A DNA stretch of 60,985 bases, counting the filler. It is 5 parts of 5 records of this genome, joined end to end, with 100 filler letters (N's around TTAATTAATTAA, not from the genome) between each part and the next. Parts side by side here need not be neighbours in the genome. Positions count along the whole stretch, not along the records: positions 39,111 to 54,599 come from DRR378314_1175; 4 more parts are not named here. One strand, 5' to 3'. The notes below the pieces were generated by a model. That model saw nothing but the letters and a program-made list of their open reading frames with translations. It was not told where the DNA came from and did not search any database. Position numbers and translations under genes: made by a program. Shown here piece by piece: positions 40,923 to 53,021 of this stretch (position 1 is its first letter; every line of letters starts with the position of its first letter).

Positions 40923-41645
40923 ATGGCCAATCCAACCGCTGCAATGTTGGTGATCGGGGATGAGATCCTGTCGGGCCGAACTCGCGATGCCAATATGCAT
41001 TATCTGGCTGGGGAACTGACCAAGCAGGGTGTCGACCTGAAAGAGGTTCGTATCGTCAGCGACGATGCACCGGCGATCGCGGCGGCGGTCAAGGCGCTGT
41101 CGGACACCCATGATCATGTTTTTACCAGCGGTGGCATAGGTCCGACCCATGACGATATCACCGCCGATTGTATCGCCCGCGCCTTTGGCGTGCATATTGA
41201 TGTCCGTGATGATGCGCGGGCACTGCTTGAGGCGCATTACGAGAAATCGGGACTGGAATTGAACCAGGCGCGCCTGCGCATGGCGCGCATTCCAGACGGG
41301 GCGGCGCTGATTGATAACCCGGTCTCGACCGCGCCCGGCTTCACCATCGGGAACGTGCATGTCATGGCAGGGGTGCCTTTGGTCTTTCAGGCGATGGTTG
41401 CGAGTGTTCTGCCCACGCTCACCGGGGGTCGCCCGCTTTTGTCGCAGACGCTGCGCGTGGATCGGGGTGAGGGCGATATCGCCGCGACTCTGGCGGCGCT
41501 GGCCGAGGATTTCGACGACCTCTCGATTGGTTGCTATCCGTTTCAATCCAATGGCGTGTTCGGGGCAAATGTGGTTGTCCGTGGCGTCGATGGCGGGCGC
41601 ATTGATGCCGCCATGACCCGCCTCGCGAAAGAGATCGAGCTTTGA
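40923..41645 (+). CDS. CinA-like molybdopterin-binding domain protein
   Basis: IGDEILSGRTRDAN, TSGGIGPTHDDIT, MAGVP. Confidence 0.92.
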   Translation: MANPTAAMLVIGDEILSGRTRDANMHYLAGELTKQGVDLKEVRIVSDDAPAIAAAVKALSDTHDHVFTSGGIGPTHDDITADCIARAFGVHIDVRDDARALLEAHYEKSGLELNQARLRMARIPDGAALIDNPVSTAPGFTIGNVHVMAGVPLVFQAMVASVLPTLTGGRPLLSQTLRVDRGEGDIAATLAALAEDFDDLSIGCYPFQSNGVFGANVVVRGVDGGRIDAAMTRLAKEIEL

Positions 41646-42352
41646 GCACCGATTGGGCCGCAATAGTCGACGGTACATGGCCCGCCGCGGGGTATCAAAC
41701 ACAGGGGCCTTTCCAGTTGCGGCAAGGGCAGGGCGGCGGGTCGCGCGTTTCAGCCGTCAGCCGTATCGGGGACGTGACTGACGCTGATATCGACGCCGCC
41801 GAGGGCGCCATGCAGGCGATGGGTCAAAAACGCATCTTTTGCCTGCGTCCGGGGGATGAAGTGCTGGACGCAATGCTAGCCGACCGCGGATATGACATCC
41901 TGGATCCGGTCAATATCTATTCCTGCCCCGTGCAGATCCTGACGGATATACCGATTCCACGGGTGACCGTTTTCAATGTTTGGGAACCGCTGGCCATCAT
42001 GCGCGAGATTTGGGCGCAGGGTGGAATAGGCCCTGAACGGCTTTCCATTATGCACCGTGCGAATGGCCCAAAGACCGGCCTATTGATGCGTCGCACCGAT
42101 GAACCCGCAGGCACCGGCTTTGTGGCGATCCATGACGGCATTGCGATGGTTCATGCGCTTGAAATACTGCCAGATCATCGCCGCCAGGGAATAGGTCACT
42201 GGGCCATGCGTGCCGCGGCTTTTTGGGCGCTGGACAATGGCGCACAGACGCTTAGCGTGATCTGTACCAAGGCGAATGCCGGGGCCAATGGCCTCTACCA
42301 CTCGCTGGGGATGGAGATCGTCGGAGAATACCACTACCGCCAGCGCGTTTGA
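41642..42352 (+). CDS. GNAT family N-acetyltransferase
   Basis: HRRQGIG acetyl-CoA motif; N.GA..LY..LG. Confidence 0.88.
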   Translation: MSTDWAAIVDGTWPAAGYQTQGPFQLRQGQGGGSRVSAVSRIGDVTDADIDAAEGAMQAMGQKRIFCLRPGDEVLDAMLADRGYDILDPVNIYSCPVQILTDIPIPRVTVFNVWEPLAIMREIWAQGGIGPERLSIMHRANGPKTGLLMRRTDEPAGTGFVAIHDGIAMVHALEILPDHRRQGIGHWAMRAAAFWALDNGAQTLSVICTKANAGANGLYHSLGMEIVGEYHYRQRV

Positions 42353-42362
42353 GGAGAGCGAT

Positions 42363-42935
42363 TTGAACAAACAGGACATGCCGACCGCCCTGAACCTGCC
42401 CATGGCGGACCCTCTGCCCCTGGAGACGCAGAAATACTTTGATATCTGTGTCGAGAAACTAGGCATGGTGCCAAACGTTCTTCGGGCCTACGCCTTTGAT
42501 GTAGAAAAGCTGAACGCATTCACGGCGATGTACAATGATCTGATGCTGGCCGATAGCGGGTTGACGAAGCTGGAACGCGAGATGATCGCGGTTGTCGTCT
42601 CGTCCATCAACAAATGTTTCTATTGCCTTGTTGCCCATGGGGCGGCAGTGCGGCAGCTGTCGGGTGATCCGCAGCTGGGTGAAATGTTGGTCATGAACTA
42701 CCGCGTCGCCAGATTGGACGAGCGCCAGCGCGCGATGCTGGATTTCGCCGCTAAGATGACCACCGCCAGCACAACGATTGAAGAACCCGACCGTCAGCAG
42801 TTGCGCGATGCCGGGTTTTCGGATCGCGATATCTGGGATATTGCCAATGTGACCGGTTTCTTCAATATGACCAACCGTGTGGCCAGTGCCACCGCGATGG
42901 TCCCGAACCCTGAGTATCACACCCAGTTCCGATGA
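42363..42935 (+). CDS. Peroxidase-related AhpD-family enzyme
   Basis: KLGMVPNV, EREMIAVVVSSINKCFYCLVAHG, FFNMTNR; TTG start after GAGGAG. Confidence 0.9.
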   Translation: MNKQDMPTALNLPMADPLPLETQKYFDICVEKLGMVPNVLRAYAFDVEKLNAFTAMYNDLMLADSGLTKLEREMIAVVVSSINKCFYCLVAHGAAVRQLSGDPQLGEMLVMNYRVARLDERQRAMLDFAAKMTTASTTIEEPDRQQLRDAGFSDRDIWDIANVTGFFNMTNRVASATAMVPNPEYHTQFR

Positions 42936-43834
42936 TCCGCTATTTATGCTTCTATATCGCTTTGTTGGCCGCACCTGCCCTGGCGCAAGATTTAACCTTG
43001 CCTTCCGGCGCTCGCCAGATTTCTGACCGTATCAGCGCGCTTGACAGCTATGACCTGCCAACCGGTGTTTTTGCCGACGGATCCGTTCCGTCTCGCACCG
43101 TTGAAGGACGGGTTGAACGGCTGACGTGGAGGTTGCAGGCCGGGTCCAGTACAACGCTGCAGATTCTCGCACCTTTGCGGGATCAGTTGCAGGCGCAGGG
43201 ATTTGAGATCACCTTTGAATGCGAGGCGCGGACCTGTGGCGGGTTCGATTTCCGCTTCGGCACCGAGGTGGTACCGACGCCCGACATGTATGTGGCGATC
43301 CATGATTATCGATTTCTCTCGGCAACCCGCGATGATGAGGTGTTGACCCTACTCGTCAGTCGCAATCCTCCAGATGGCTATGTACAGATGATCCGCGTCA
43401 CCCCGGTGGGAACTCAATCCCAACCGCCCCTTGTGATCGAGGAAACCGTTGACGGTACTTCGGGGTTGTTAAACGATCTGACCCGTGATGGGCATGTCAT
43501 ACTCGACGATCTGCATTTTCGCACCGGTGAAGTGGCGCTGGGCGAGGGGCCTTTTGCCTCACTCGCACTGCTTGCGGGCTATCTGGCAGATAACCCATCC
43601 ACTCGATTGGCGCTGGTCGGTCACACTGACGATACCGGTGCCTTGCAGGCAAATATTGCCGTCAGCACCAAGCGGGCCGAAGCCGTGCGCGCCCGCCTGA
43701 TCGAAGCCCATGGCGTATCCGCCGACCGGATCGAGGCGAAAGGTGTGGGCTATCTCGCCCCGATCACCTCGAACGCCACGCCCGAGGGCCGCGATATCAA
43801 TCGCCGGGTCGAGGCGGTTTTGCTGATTAACTGA
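42932..43834 (+). CDS. OmpA-family peptidoglycan-binding protein
   Basis: Signal peptide; VGHTD..G....N..VS.KRAEAV, G.GYLAP, NRRVE. Confidence 0.9.
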   Translation: MIRYLCFYIALLAAPALAQDLTLPSGARQISDRISALDSYDLPTGVFADGSVPSRTVEGRVERLTWRLQAGSSTTLQILAPLRDQLQAQGFEITFECEARTCGGFDFRFGTEVVPTPDMYVAIHDYRFLSATRDDEVLTLLVSRNPPDGYVQMIRVTPVGTQSQPPLVIEETVDGTSGLLNDLTRDGHVILDDLHFRTGEVALGEGPFASLALLAGYLADNPSTRLALVGHTDDTGALQANIAVSTKRAEAVRARLIEAHGVSADRIEAKGVGYLAPITSNATPEGRDINRRVEAVLLIN

Positions 43835-43924
43835 CCCACTTCAGTTCGCGCGGTAATCCGCTCCGATCCCTCTCTTGCTGTTATGCTTCGCCATAGTGCA
43901 AACTTGTTTACGGAGGAGTGTGTC

Positions 43925-44743
43925 ATGACATCCAAGACCGCAGGTTCACCATCACCGGACAATCATACACCTCAGCAACAGGCGATGCCCGAAGTGAATA
44001 CGCTGACAGCCCAGGATATCACCGCGTCGCTAAAGGCCGGGTTTTCCGACTTTCTGGCGCGCCCCGTCATGAGCGGTTTTTTCGGCCTGTTCTATGCGGT
44101 TTTCGGGATTCTGTTTGTCTGGTGCCTAGTCTGGCTTGGCAAGATTTGGATGATCATTCCCGCAGCAGTAGGTTTTCCACTGGTCGCGCCATTCGCCGCG
44201 GCGGGGCTCTATGAAATGTCCCGCCGGTTGCAGAGGGAAGAAAAATTTGGCTGGAACGAAATCCTCACCGTCATGGCCAATCAACGCAAACGCGAAATGG
44301 GCTGGATGGCCTTTGTCACCCTGTTCATATTCTGGGTGTGGACCTACCAGATACGGCTTTGGCTGGCGATCACGCTGCAGAATTCGTCCTTCTCGGATTT
44401 TGGTGGGTTCTTGAACATTGTGTTCTTCACCCCGCAGGGCTGGACCTTCCTCGTGATTGGTAGCTGCGTCGGTGCATTTATGTCGGCTGCGCTGTTCTCG
44501 CTGACTGTTATCGCCATGCCCATGCTGCTAGACCGGGACACAAATTTTGTGTCCGCGATGCTGACTTCCATTCGCGTTGTCAGGGAAAACCCGGTTGTCA
44601 TGCTTGGCTGGGCGGCAATCATCTCGGTCACAATGCTGTTGTCGCTGGTTCCGGCGTTTCTGGGGCTGATTTTCACGCTGCCAATTCTGGGTCACACCAC
44701 ATGGCATCTTTATCAGCGGGCCGTGTCACCAGTTGTGGAGTGA
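43925..44743 (+). CDS. DUF2189 membrane protein
   Basis: GFPLVAPFAAAGLYEMSRR; PILGHTTWHLY. Confidence 0.85.
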   Translation: MTSKTAGSPSPDNHTPQQQAMPEVNTLTAQDITASLKAGFSDFLARPVMSGFFGLFYAVFGILFVWCLVWLGKIWMIIPAAVGFPLVAPFAAAGLYEMSRRLQREEKFGWNEILTVMANQRKREMGWMAFVTLFIFWVWTYQIRLWLAITLQNSSFSDFGGFLNIVFFTPQGWTFLVIGSCVGAFMSAALFSLTVIAMPMLLDRDTNFVSAMLTSIRVVRENPVVMLGWAAIISVTMLLSLVPAFLGLIFTLPILGHTTWHLYQRAVSPVVE

Positions 44744-44848
44744 TGCACCCGGCCTATTGTTCGCAACAAACCGCACCGGGGTGCGCAACCACACAAAAAA
44801 AGACCCGCACTATTCAGTACGGGCCGTTTAGGTACCACAGGGAGAATT

Positions 44849-45754
44849 CTACCAATCCATCGGACCCTTTTCAGCAAAGGATGCGACTAGAAAATCAATG
44901 AAAGCCCGCACCTTGGGCTGCGTGAAGCGGCCCGGTGGGTAAACTGCATAGACGCCCTGAACCTCATCAGGCAAGGAGGGCATCGCATCCACCACTTCGC
45001 CCGATTTCAGGGCCTCGGCATAAAGATAGCTGGGCAAATGTGCTATCCCTAGCCCCGAGATTGCGGCGTTCAGCAGTGATTGACCGTCGTTGACGCTCAG
45101 CCAACCGGCGGTGCGGACCTGACGCTTTTCACCCGAAGGCGCGGTCAGCTTCCATACATTGCCCGAAGATTGGCTGGAATAGTGCAGAAGCTTGTGTTCG
45201 TTCAGATCGTCGATCTTCTGCGGGCGTCCAAACTGTTCGATATAGCTGGGCGCAGCAACCATGCGTTTCACAGTTTCGGTTAATTTGCGGGCACGCAGGG
45301 TGCTGTCTTCCAGCTCACCAATACGTACGGCCACGTCAAAACCTTCGGAAATAAGTTCCACGTAACGGTTGTTGAGAACCATGTTCACGGTGATGTCGGG
45401 ATAGGCAGACAGGAAGTCTGACAGTACCGGCGACAGGTGATTAACGCCGAAATCCGTCGCCACACTGATCCGCAGCAGACCAGAGGGTGCAGATTGCATC
45501 GATGTCACAAGGGCATCCGCCTCACCCGCGTCATTAAGAACACGGCGTGCGCGGTCGTAGTAGGCCAATCCAATCTCGGTCGGTGAAACGCGGCGTGTGG
45601 TGCGGTTTAGCAGCCGCGCACCCAGCCGTGCCTCAAGGCTCGACACGTGTTTGGATACGGCCGATTTAGAGATACCCATTTTTTTGGCCGCGTCAGTGAA
45701 ACCACCCTGGTCCACCACGTTGGAAAAGGCCTCCATTTCGGTCAGTCGATCCAT
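44849..45754 (-). CDS. LysR-family transcriptional regulator
   Basis: GGFTDAA...SKSAVSKHV..LE.RLGARLLNRTTR HTH; EGFDVAVR; PKVRAFIDFL. Confidence 0.95.
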   Translation of the reverse strand: MDRLTEMEAFSNVVDQGGFTDAAKKMGISKSAVSKHVSSLEARLGARLLNRTTRRVSPTEIGLAYYDRARRVLNDAGEADALVTSMQSAPSGLLRISVATDFGVNHLSPVLSDFLSAYPDITVNMVLNNRYVELISEGFDVAVRIGELEDSTLRARKLTETVKRMVAAPSYIEQFGRPQKIDDLNEHKLLHYSSQSSGNVWKLTAPSGEKRQVRTAGWLSVNDGQSLLNAAISGLGIAHLPSYLYAEALKSGEVVDAMPSLPDEVQGVYAVYPPGRFTQPKVRAFIDFLVASFAEKGPMDW

Positions 45755-45982
45755 TCTCGTTCCCCAGGTCTTCTGTTCGTTGTCTCTTTATCGCGATCAA
45801 TCTGGGCGAGAACGGGGCAGACATGGGATAATATAAGGGTTTTGAAAGGGATCGTTTGCGACTGGGAAACGCCGAGAGTGCCGAGCACCTCAGTGTACGA
45901 TTCTGCATAAAGCCCGGATTTTTGGACTTTTTTCCAATCGTGCTATGATTAGAAAGGCATTTTTGTGACCAAGGAGGAGAGT

Positions 45983-46423
45983 ATGAAAGCCAATTTCACC
46001 GCCGCCATCCTATGTTTTGCTGCAACTCTTGTCTGGGCCGGAGGGGAAACACCGGCGAATCCTGAAGCGAAGGTCTATTTCGTCAATTTGTCTGACGGGG
46101 ATACAGTGCAATCTCCCGTTAAGATTGTGTTTGGCCTTAGTGGCATGGGCGTGGCACCTGCCGGGGTTGAAAAAGAAAACACAGGTCACCATCATTTGTT
46201 GATTGATCGCCCGCCTCTGGGGCGGGGCGAAGACGGCGCGGATGAGCTGACTTATGGTCTGCCAGCAGATGATAACCACATGCATTTTGGTGGAGGTCAG
46301 ACCGAAGTGACACTGGACCTCGCCCCGGGTGAGCACACGCTGCAACTGGTGTTGGGGGACGCGGGGCATGTGCCGCATGCCACGCCGGTCGTGTCCGAGG
46401 TGATTACGATCACCGTCGAATAG
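45983..46423 (+). CDS. DUF4399 periplasmic His-rich protein
   Basis: Signal peptide; GMGVAPAG, TGHHHLLID, HFGGGQTE, PGEHTLQLVLGD..H. Confidence 0.88.
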   Translation: MKANFTAAILCFAATLVWAGGETPANPEAKVYFVNLSDGDTVQSPVKIVFGLSGMGVAPAGVEKENTGHHHLLIDRPPLGRGEDGADELTYGLPADDNHMHFGGGQTEVTLDLAPGEHTLQLVLGDAGHVPHATPVVSEVITITVE

Positions 46424-46431
46424 GTCAGTGC

Positions 46432-47730
46432 CTATTTGGCCATACCCGTGCGGTCGCGCTCTGGATTGGGCCGACCTGCGGGATCTACGAAAGACAGGAT
46501 GGCGACAACAGCCAACAGGCTGCCGATGGTGATGAGGATAACGGCCCATACCACTTCGTTCATATGGGCAATCGCCGCCAGAAGGGCTGAAATAGCGACG
46601 ATAGACAGACGGCTTATCGTTTGTGAAACAGCCTGTGCCACGATCCGCTGAGATTTCGGGGCCACGTCCATGAAATAAAGTGCCCGGGCGCTGCCCAGAC
46701 CTGTGACGGCAACGGTCACAACAAACAGCGACACAGCGTGCAGATGCACAGTGTGATCCAGACCCCAGTGGTGGATAACAATAAGACCAAAACCTGACAC
46801 TGCGACCATCAGCGCCCCTGTAATCATGACCACCCTGTTCGAGTAATTGCTGAGGACACGCCAAAGAGGTGCCGCAACCAGCAACGCAGCTGCGGATGAA
46901 ACAACAAGCGCTGTCAGCCCTTTGGCTGAACTGTGATGTGCCTCGGCTGCGATCAGCGCATAGAATGGAACCGACAGCCCGGCCACGACAAAGGTCAGTC
47001 GAAGCGCGATGAACTTTCGAAACCAGGCCTCACCAAGCAAGGACTTCGCATCGTGCCAATACGTTTTCAGTGTATCAAACCGCGACATAGTCCGCAGCGC
47101 GACCGGGGCAGATTGATCTGGCGCGCGTTCTTGCAATGTCATCATCGCCAGCGCTGATAGGACAAAACACAGTGCGCCAAAGCCGACGACCATGCTGTGA
47201 CGTGTCAGCGAAGGCGCACCCTGCATCAGCTGGTGCAACAACAATGCGATTGCGATGGTTGCGGCCCCTCCCAAGGCCTTTTGAATATAGCTTATGCGCA
47301 TCCTGTCCTTTGAGGCCAAGTTGTCGCTTACAAAATCGATGATAAGCAGGCTTTTGATCTCTTCCAGTACCCCAATGACGAATATCCCGGCCACAAAGGC
47401 TGCGATGACCATCGGCTTAGTCCCATAGGTGACCGTGAGGATGACAACCAGAAAACAGGCGGCCACGGCAATATCCGTTCGGGCGATGGTGGCTTTCTTC
47501 AGGCGCAGCTGTGCAAGGTGGTTTGACACGAATACATCTGACAGCGTTCCAGCTGCGTGCCGGATGGATACCAACAATCCTGCCAGAAAGATCGGTAAAT
47601 CCATTGCGACCGCAAGGAACGTCAGCACAATTGCGGGGCTTGCCATGGACCAGGCCGTCACGGCCAGCGCGCCCTGACCTGCCATGATTGGCAGGTTCCT
47701 TTGATGAAGTGCTGGCGGCTCTTTACTCAT
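46432..47730 (-). CDS. MFS-like membrane transporter
   Basis: About 12 hydrophobic segments in two halves with a central loop. Confidence 0.75.
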   Translation of the reverse strand: MSKEPPALHQRNLPIMAGQGALAVTAWSMASPAIVLTFLAVAMDLPIFLAGLLVSIRHAAGTLSDVFVSNHLAQLRLKKATIARTDIAVAACFLVVILTVTYGTKPMVIAAFVAGIFVIGVLEEIKSLLIIDFVSDNLASKDRMRISYIQKALGGAATIAIALLLHQLMQGAPSLTRHSMVVGFGALCFVLSALAMMTLQERAPDQSAPVALRTMSRFDTLKTYWHDAKSLLGEAWFRKFIALRLTFVVAGLSVPFYALIAAEAHHSSAKGLTALVVSSAAALLVAAPLWRVLSNYSNRVVMITGALMVAVSGFGLIVIHHWGLDHTVHLHAVSLFVVTVAVTGLGSARALYFMDVAPKSQRIVAQAVSQTISRLSIVAISALLAAIAHMNEVVWAVILITIGSLLAVVAILSFVDPAGRPNPERDRTGMAK

Positions 47731-47889
47731 GATCCTATGTGCTGCGATGCCGTGATTACTTCGGCTCGGTCAGGATAAGTTCACGACATGTCGCCAAAAT
47801 ACGCAAGGCTTGCACGTCCAGCGGGGTCGGGACACTTCGTGTATTCATTCCTTAGGATTGCGGGCGCGCGGGACCCAAGATTGTATCGC

Positions 47890-49983
<2,094 letters not shown>

Positions 49984-50055
49984 CTAACGTCATTCCCTTT
50001 GCGTTTTCTGCAGTGCTTGCTACAGACGCAGCAAAGCTTGTTCACGAGGCCGCGC

Positions 50056-50541
50056 ATGACCCCTGATGAAATCGCCAAACTGCCCTATCGCCCCTGTGTT
50101 GGGCTGATGTTGATGAATGCTGAGGGCAAAATCTTTGTCGGTATGCGCAACGACGGGCCAATGGACGCCTGGCAGATGCCTCAGGGGGGCGTGGACAAGG
50201 GCGAAGACCCGCGCGATGCCGCCCTGCGCGAACTTTGGGAAGAAACCGGGGTGACCGCTGATCTGGTTGAAATCATCGCCGAGACCGACGGCTGGCTGCC
50301 CTACGACCTGCCGCAAGACATCGTGCCGAAGATCTGGAAGGGCCACTATCGCGGACAGGAGCAGAAGTGGTACCTGATGCGGTTTACTGGTCGGGATGAC
50401 CAGATCGACATCGCGACCGAGCATCCCGAGTTTACCCGCTGGAAATGGCAGGATCAGGACCGGTTGGTGGAAGAAATCGTGCCGTTCAAACGGGATGTGT
50501 ACCAGCAGGTGATGGAGGCGTTTCGGGGATACCTTTTTTGA
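50056..50541 (+). CDS. rppH: RNA pyrophosphohydrolase (Nudix)
   Basis: [18 protein letters not shown].....[24 protein letters not shown]. Confidence 0.93.
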   Translation: MTPDEIAKLPYRPCVGLMLMNAEGKIFVGMRNDGPMDAWQMPQGGVDKGEDPRDAALRELWEETGVTADLVEIIAETDGWLPYDLPQDIVPKIWKGHYRGQEQKWYLMRFTGRDDQIDIATEHPEFTRWKWQDQDRLVEEIVPFKRDVYQQVMEAFRGYLF

Positions 50542-50572
50542 AGTTTAAATCCGGCCTCTTGGTCGAGCGAAA

Positions 50573-50597
50573 TCTGTTATGCGGGACGAAGCTGCCC
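50573..50597. repeat. Short imperfect palindromic repeat, copy 3
   Basis: TCTGTTATGCGGGACGAAGCTGCCC aligns with TCTGCTATGCGG-ACAAAGCGGACA (39602-39625). Confidence 0.45.
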
Positions 50598-50653
50598 TTG
50601 AGCGTTTGTATCTTTGAGATTATTTCGTAGCAAATAGTTGGCTTGGAGAGATC

Positions 50654-51214
50654 ATGAAACACATGCTTTTAGCGCTCCTTGTTGGGTTCAGCCCAATTAT
50701 TGCCAACGCGAACCAATCCGATTTAGCGCAGTCGATCATGAACGCAGGTAGAAGTGGTTCTGACGATAGAAGAACAACCGTCTTAGTTGACGATTGCACC
50801 GTTCAAACACTTGTGTTCGAGCCGTTCGAGAACCAAGGATTAGTTCTTTACTCAAGGTTCGAATTTGATCTCAGTTGGACCGACATAATTCTAGCTGACA
50901 AAAAAAGAGGCGAGTACTTTTTCGCTTTTAATGCTGAACAGTTGAAAGACGAAGCGGCTCTTTTTAACTTCCGCACCGTCAGCCCATACATGGCGTTGCA
51001 CGAAATGCCGAACTACAGAATTCGCAAGAGAAAAGACGGTAGCGACTCACACGTTAGGACGCCATCGTCAAGACAAGGGGCTGACGGGTATCACTTTATT
51101 GAGAACCATGACTTTGTTTTCATAATGGACAACCTTCCATCCCTAGAACAAGCAAGGGCTTTTGTAAGTGGCCTGAGGCAGTATCAAAGTGACTACTGTC
51201 GCCTCTCAAGTTGA
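50654..51214 (+). CDS. Orphan exported protein, more AT-rich than its neighbours
   Basis: 186-aa ORF with signal peptide and GGAG RBS; no recognised motif. Confidence 0.7.
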   Translation: MKHMLLALLVGFSPIIANANQSDLAQSIMNAGRSGSDDRRTTVLVDDCTVQTLVFEPFENQGLVLYSRFEFDLSWTDIILADKKRGEYFFAFNAEQLKDEAALFNFRTVSPYMALHEMPNYRIRKRKDGSDSHVRTPSSRQGADGYHFIENHDFVFIMDNLPSLEQARAFVSGLRQYQSDYCRLSS

Positions 51215-51272
51215 TTGTTAAGAACTCATTGTAATCGATTGATCACTGCTTGTTCAAAGGTGCGTAATGGGC

Positions 51273-52262
51273 TCAGAGCAGCCCTTCATCCTGCAACAAC
51301 TCAACCATATTCGCCTCCGGCCTTGGGCCGATATGGCTGATCACTTCACGGGCACAGACGTTGCCAATGCGGGCGCAGGTTTCAAAGTCGCGACCGGTGG
51401 CCATTCCAAACAGGAACCCCGCGGCGAATTGGTCGCCTGCGCCGGTTGCATCCACAGGAACAACTTTTTCCACCGGTACATCCGTGCGTTTGCCGTCGCT
51501 CAGGACAGTCACGCCGTCACCGGACCGGGTGCAGACAACCAGAGGGCAAATTTCGACGGTCTTGGCCAGCGCTTCTTCAAGATCGTCGGTTTCGAACAGC
51601 GATTTGATCTCGGCTTCGTTGCCGATCACGAAATCCAGCTCGTTCTCGATCAGCAACAGGAAATCGACACGGTGCCGCTCAACGCAGAAGGGGTCGGAAA
51701 TGGCGATTCCAGCTTTGCCACCGCCCTTATGACAGTTACGCGCGGCCTCAAGGAATGCAGCTTTGCCCTTTTCCTTGTCGAACAGATACCCTTCGAGGAA
51801 CATGATCTGGCTATTGCCTGCGACATCTCCGGACACATCGTCTGAGGACAGTTCAGACGAGATGCCCAGATAGGTGTTCATCGACCGCTCACCGTCTGGT
51901 GAAACAAAGATCATCGAACGCGACGTCGGCAGTTCACCACCCGGGACCGGAGGGTTCACAAAATCCACGCCGTCCTCGTTCATCGCATCCGCGTAGAACC
52001 GGCCCAGTGCGTCATTATGCACCCGCCCGATGAAGGCTGCGTCCAACCCCAAAGCGCCCGCTCCGGCGATGGTATTGGCGACCGAGCCACCTGGCGTCTG
52101 CACCCGGCCTTCCATCGAGGCATAAAGCACCTCACCGCGTTCCTGTTCGATCAGCTGCATGATGCCTTTCTCGATGCCCATCAGCTCAATGAAACTGTCA
52201 TCGGCCTGGGAAATCACGTCCACAACGGCGTTACCGATGCCGGTCAGTTGGTAGGTCTTCAT
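51273..52262 (-). CDS. PfkB-family (adenosine/sugar) kinase
   Basis: GIGNAVVDV, GGSVANT, ERSMNTYLG, DATGAGDQFAAGF. Confidence 0.92.
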   Translation of the reverse strand: MKTYQLTGIGNAVVDVISQADDSFIELMGIEKGIMQLIEQERGEVLYASMEGRVQTPGGSVANTIAGAGALGLDAAFIGRVHNDALGRFYADAMNEDGVDFVNPPVPGGELPTSRSMIFVSPDGERSMNTYLGISSELSSDDVSGDVAGNSQIMFLEGYLFDKEKGKAAFLEAARNCHKGGGKAGIAISDPFCVERHRVDFLLLIENELDFVIGNEAEIKSLFETDDLEEALAKTVEICPLVVCTRSGDGVTVLSDGKRTDVPVEKVVPVDATGAGDQFAAGFLFGMATGRDFETCARIGNVCAREVISHIGPRPEANMVELLQDEGLL

Positions 52263-52903
52263 AGTGTCTTGTCCTCAAATTCGCAGAGATCGCGGATGAT
52301 ACAGGTGAGGCACTGCGGTTTGCGTGCCTTGCAGTGATAGCGGCCATGCAGGATCAGCCAGTGATGCGCATGTTGCTGGAAATCAGTCGGGATGTTGTCC
52401 TCGATGGCGCGTTCAACAGCGTCCACATGCTTGCCAGGGCAGATACCGGTACGGTTACCGACGCGAAAGATATGGGTGTCCACCGCCTGAGCCGGGTAAT
52501 GCCACCACATGTTCAATACAACATTGGCCGTCTTGCGCCCCACACCGGGCAGCGATTGCAATGCCGCGCGGGAATTGGGGACCTCGCCGCCATAGTCATC
52601 AACAAGAATACGGCTCAGTTTGATGACATTCTTGGCCTTCTGGCGAAACAGGCCGATTGTTTTGATATGCTCGATCAAGCCCTCTTCGCCCAGATCCAGC
52701 ATCTTTTGCGGGGTGTCGACGATCTTGAACAGCTCTTTCGTTGCCTTGTTGACCCCGGCATCGGTCGCCTGCGCTGAAAGCGCCACGGCGACAACCAGAG
52801 TATAGACATTCACGTGATCCAACTCGCCCTTGGGCTCGGGATCGGCCTCGTGAAACCGCGTAAAGATCTCGCGGATCGTGTGATATCCAAGTTGTTTTGC
52901 CAT
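52259..52903 (-). CDS. nth: Endonuclease III
   Basis: LSAQATD, LPGVGRKTANVVL HhH, VDTHIFR, C-x6-C-x2-C-x5-C Fe-S motif. Confidence 0.97.
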   Translation of the reverse strand: MAKQLGYHTIREIFTRFHEADPEPKGELDHVNVYTLVVAVALSAQATDAGVNKATKELFKIVDTPQKMLDLGEEGLIEHIKTIGLFRQKAKNVIKLSRILVDDYGGEVPNSRAALQSLPGVGRKTANVVLNMWWHYPAQAVDTHIFRVGNRTGICPGKHVDAVERAIEDNIPTDFQQHAHHWLILHGRYHCKARKPQCLTCIIRDLCEFEDKTL

Positions 52904-53021
52904 CCGGGCCTTATTGCCGCCCAAGGGGTCGTGACGCAAGCCCAAAGCCAATGCGCATGTTCCGGGTCGATTGGGCGTGACCTGCGCACTATGGTCTATC
53001 CAAGCGAATGAGGTGAGACCC

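Noticed and set aside
18663-42935. Two AhpD-like genes and two EEP-family genes in one window
   Set aside because: They lie on different contigs from different organisms
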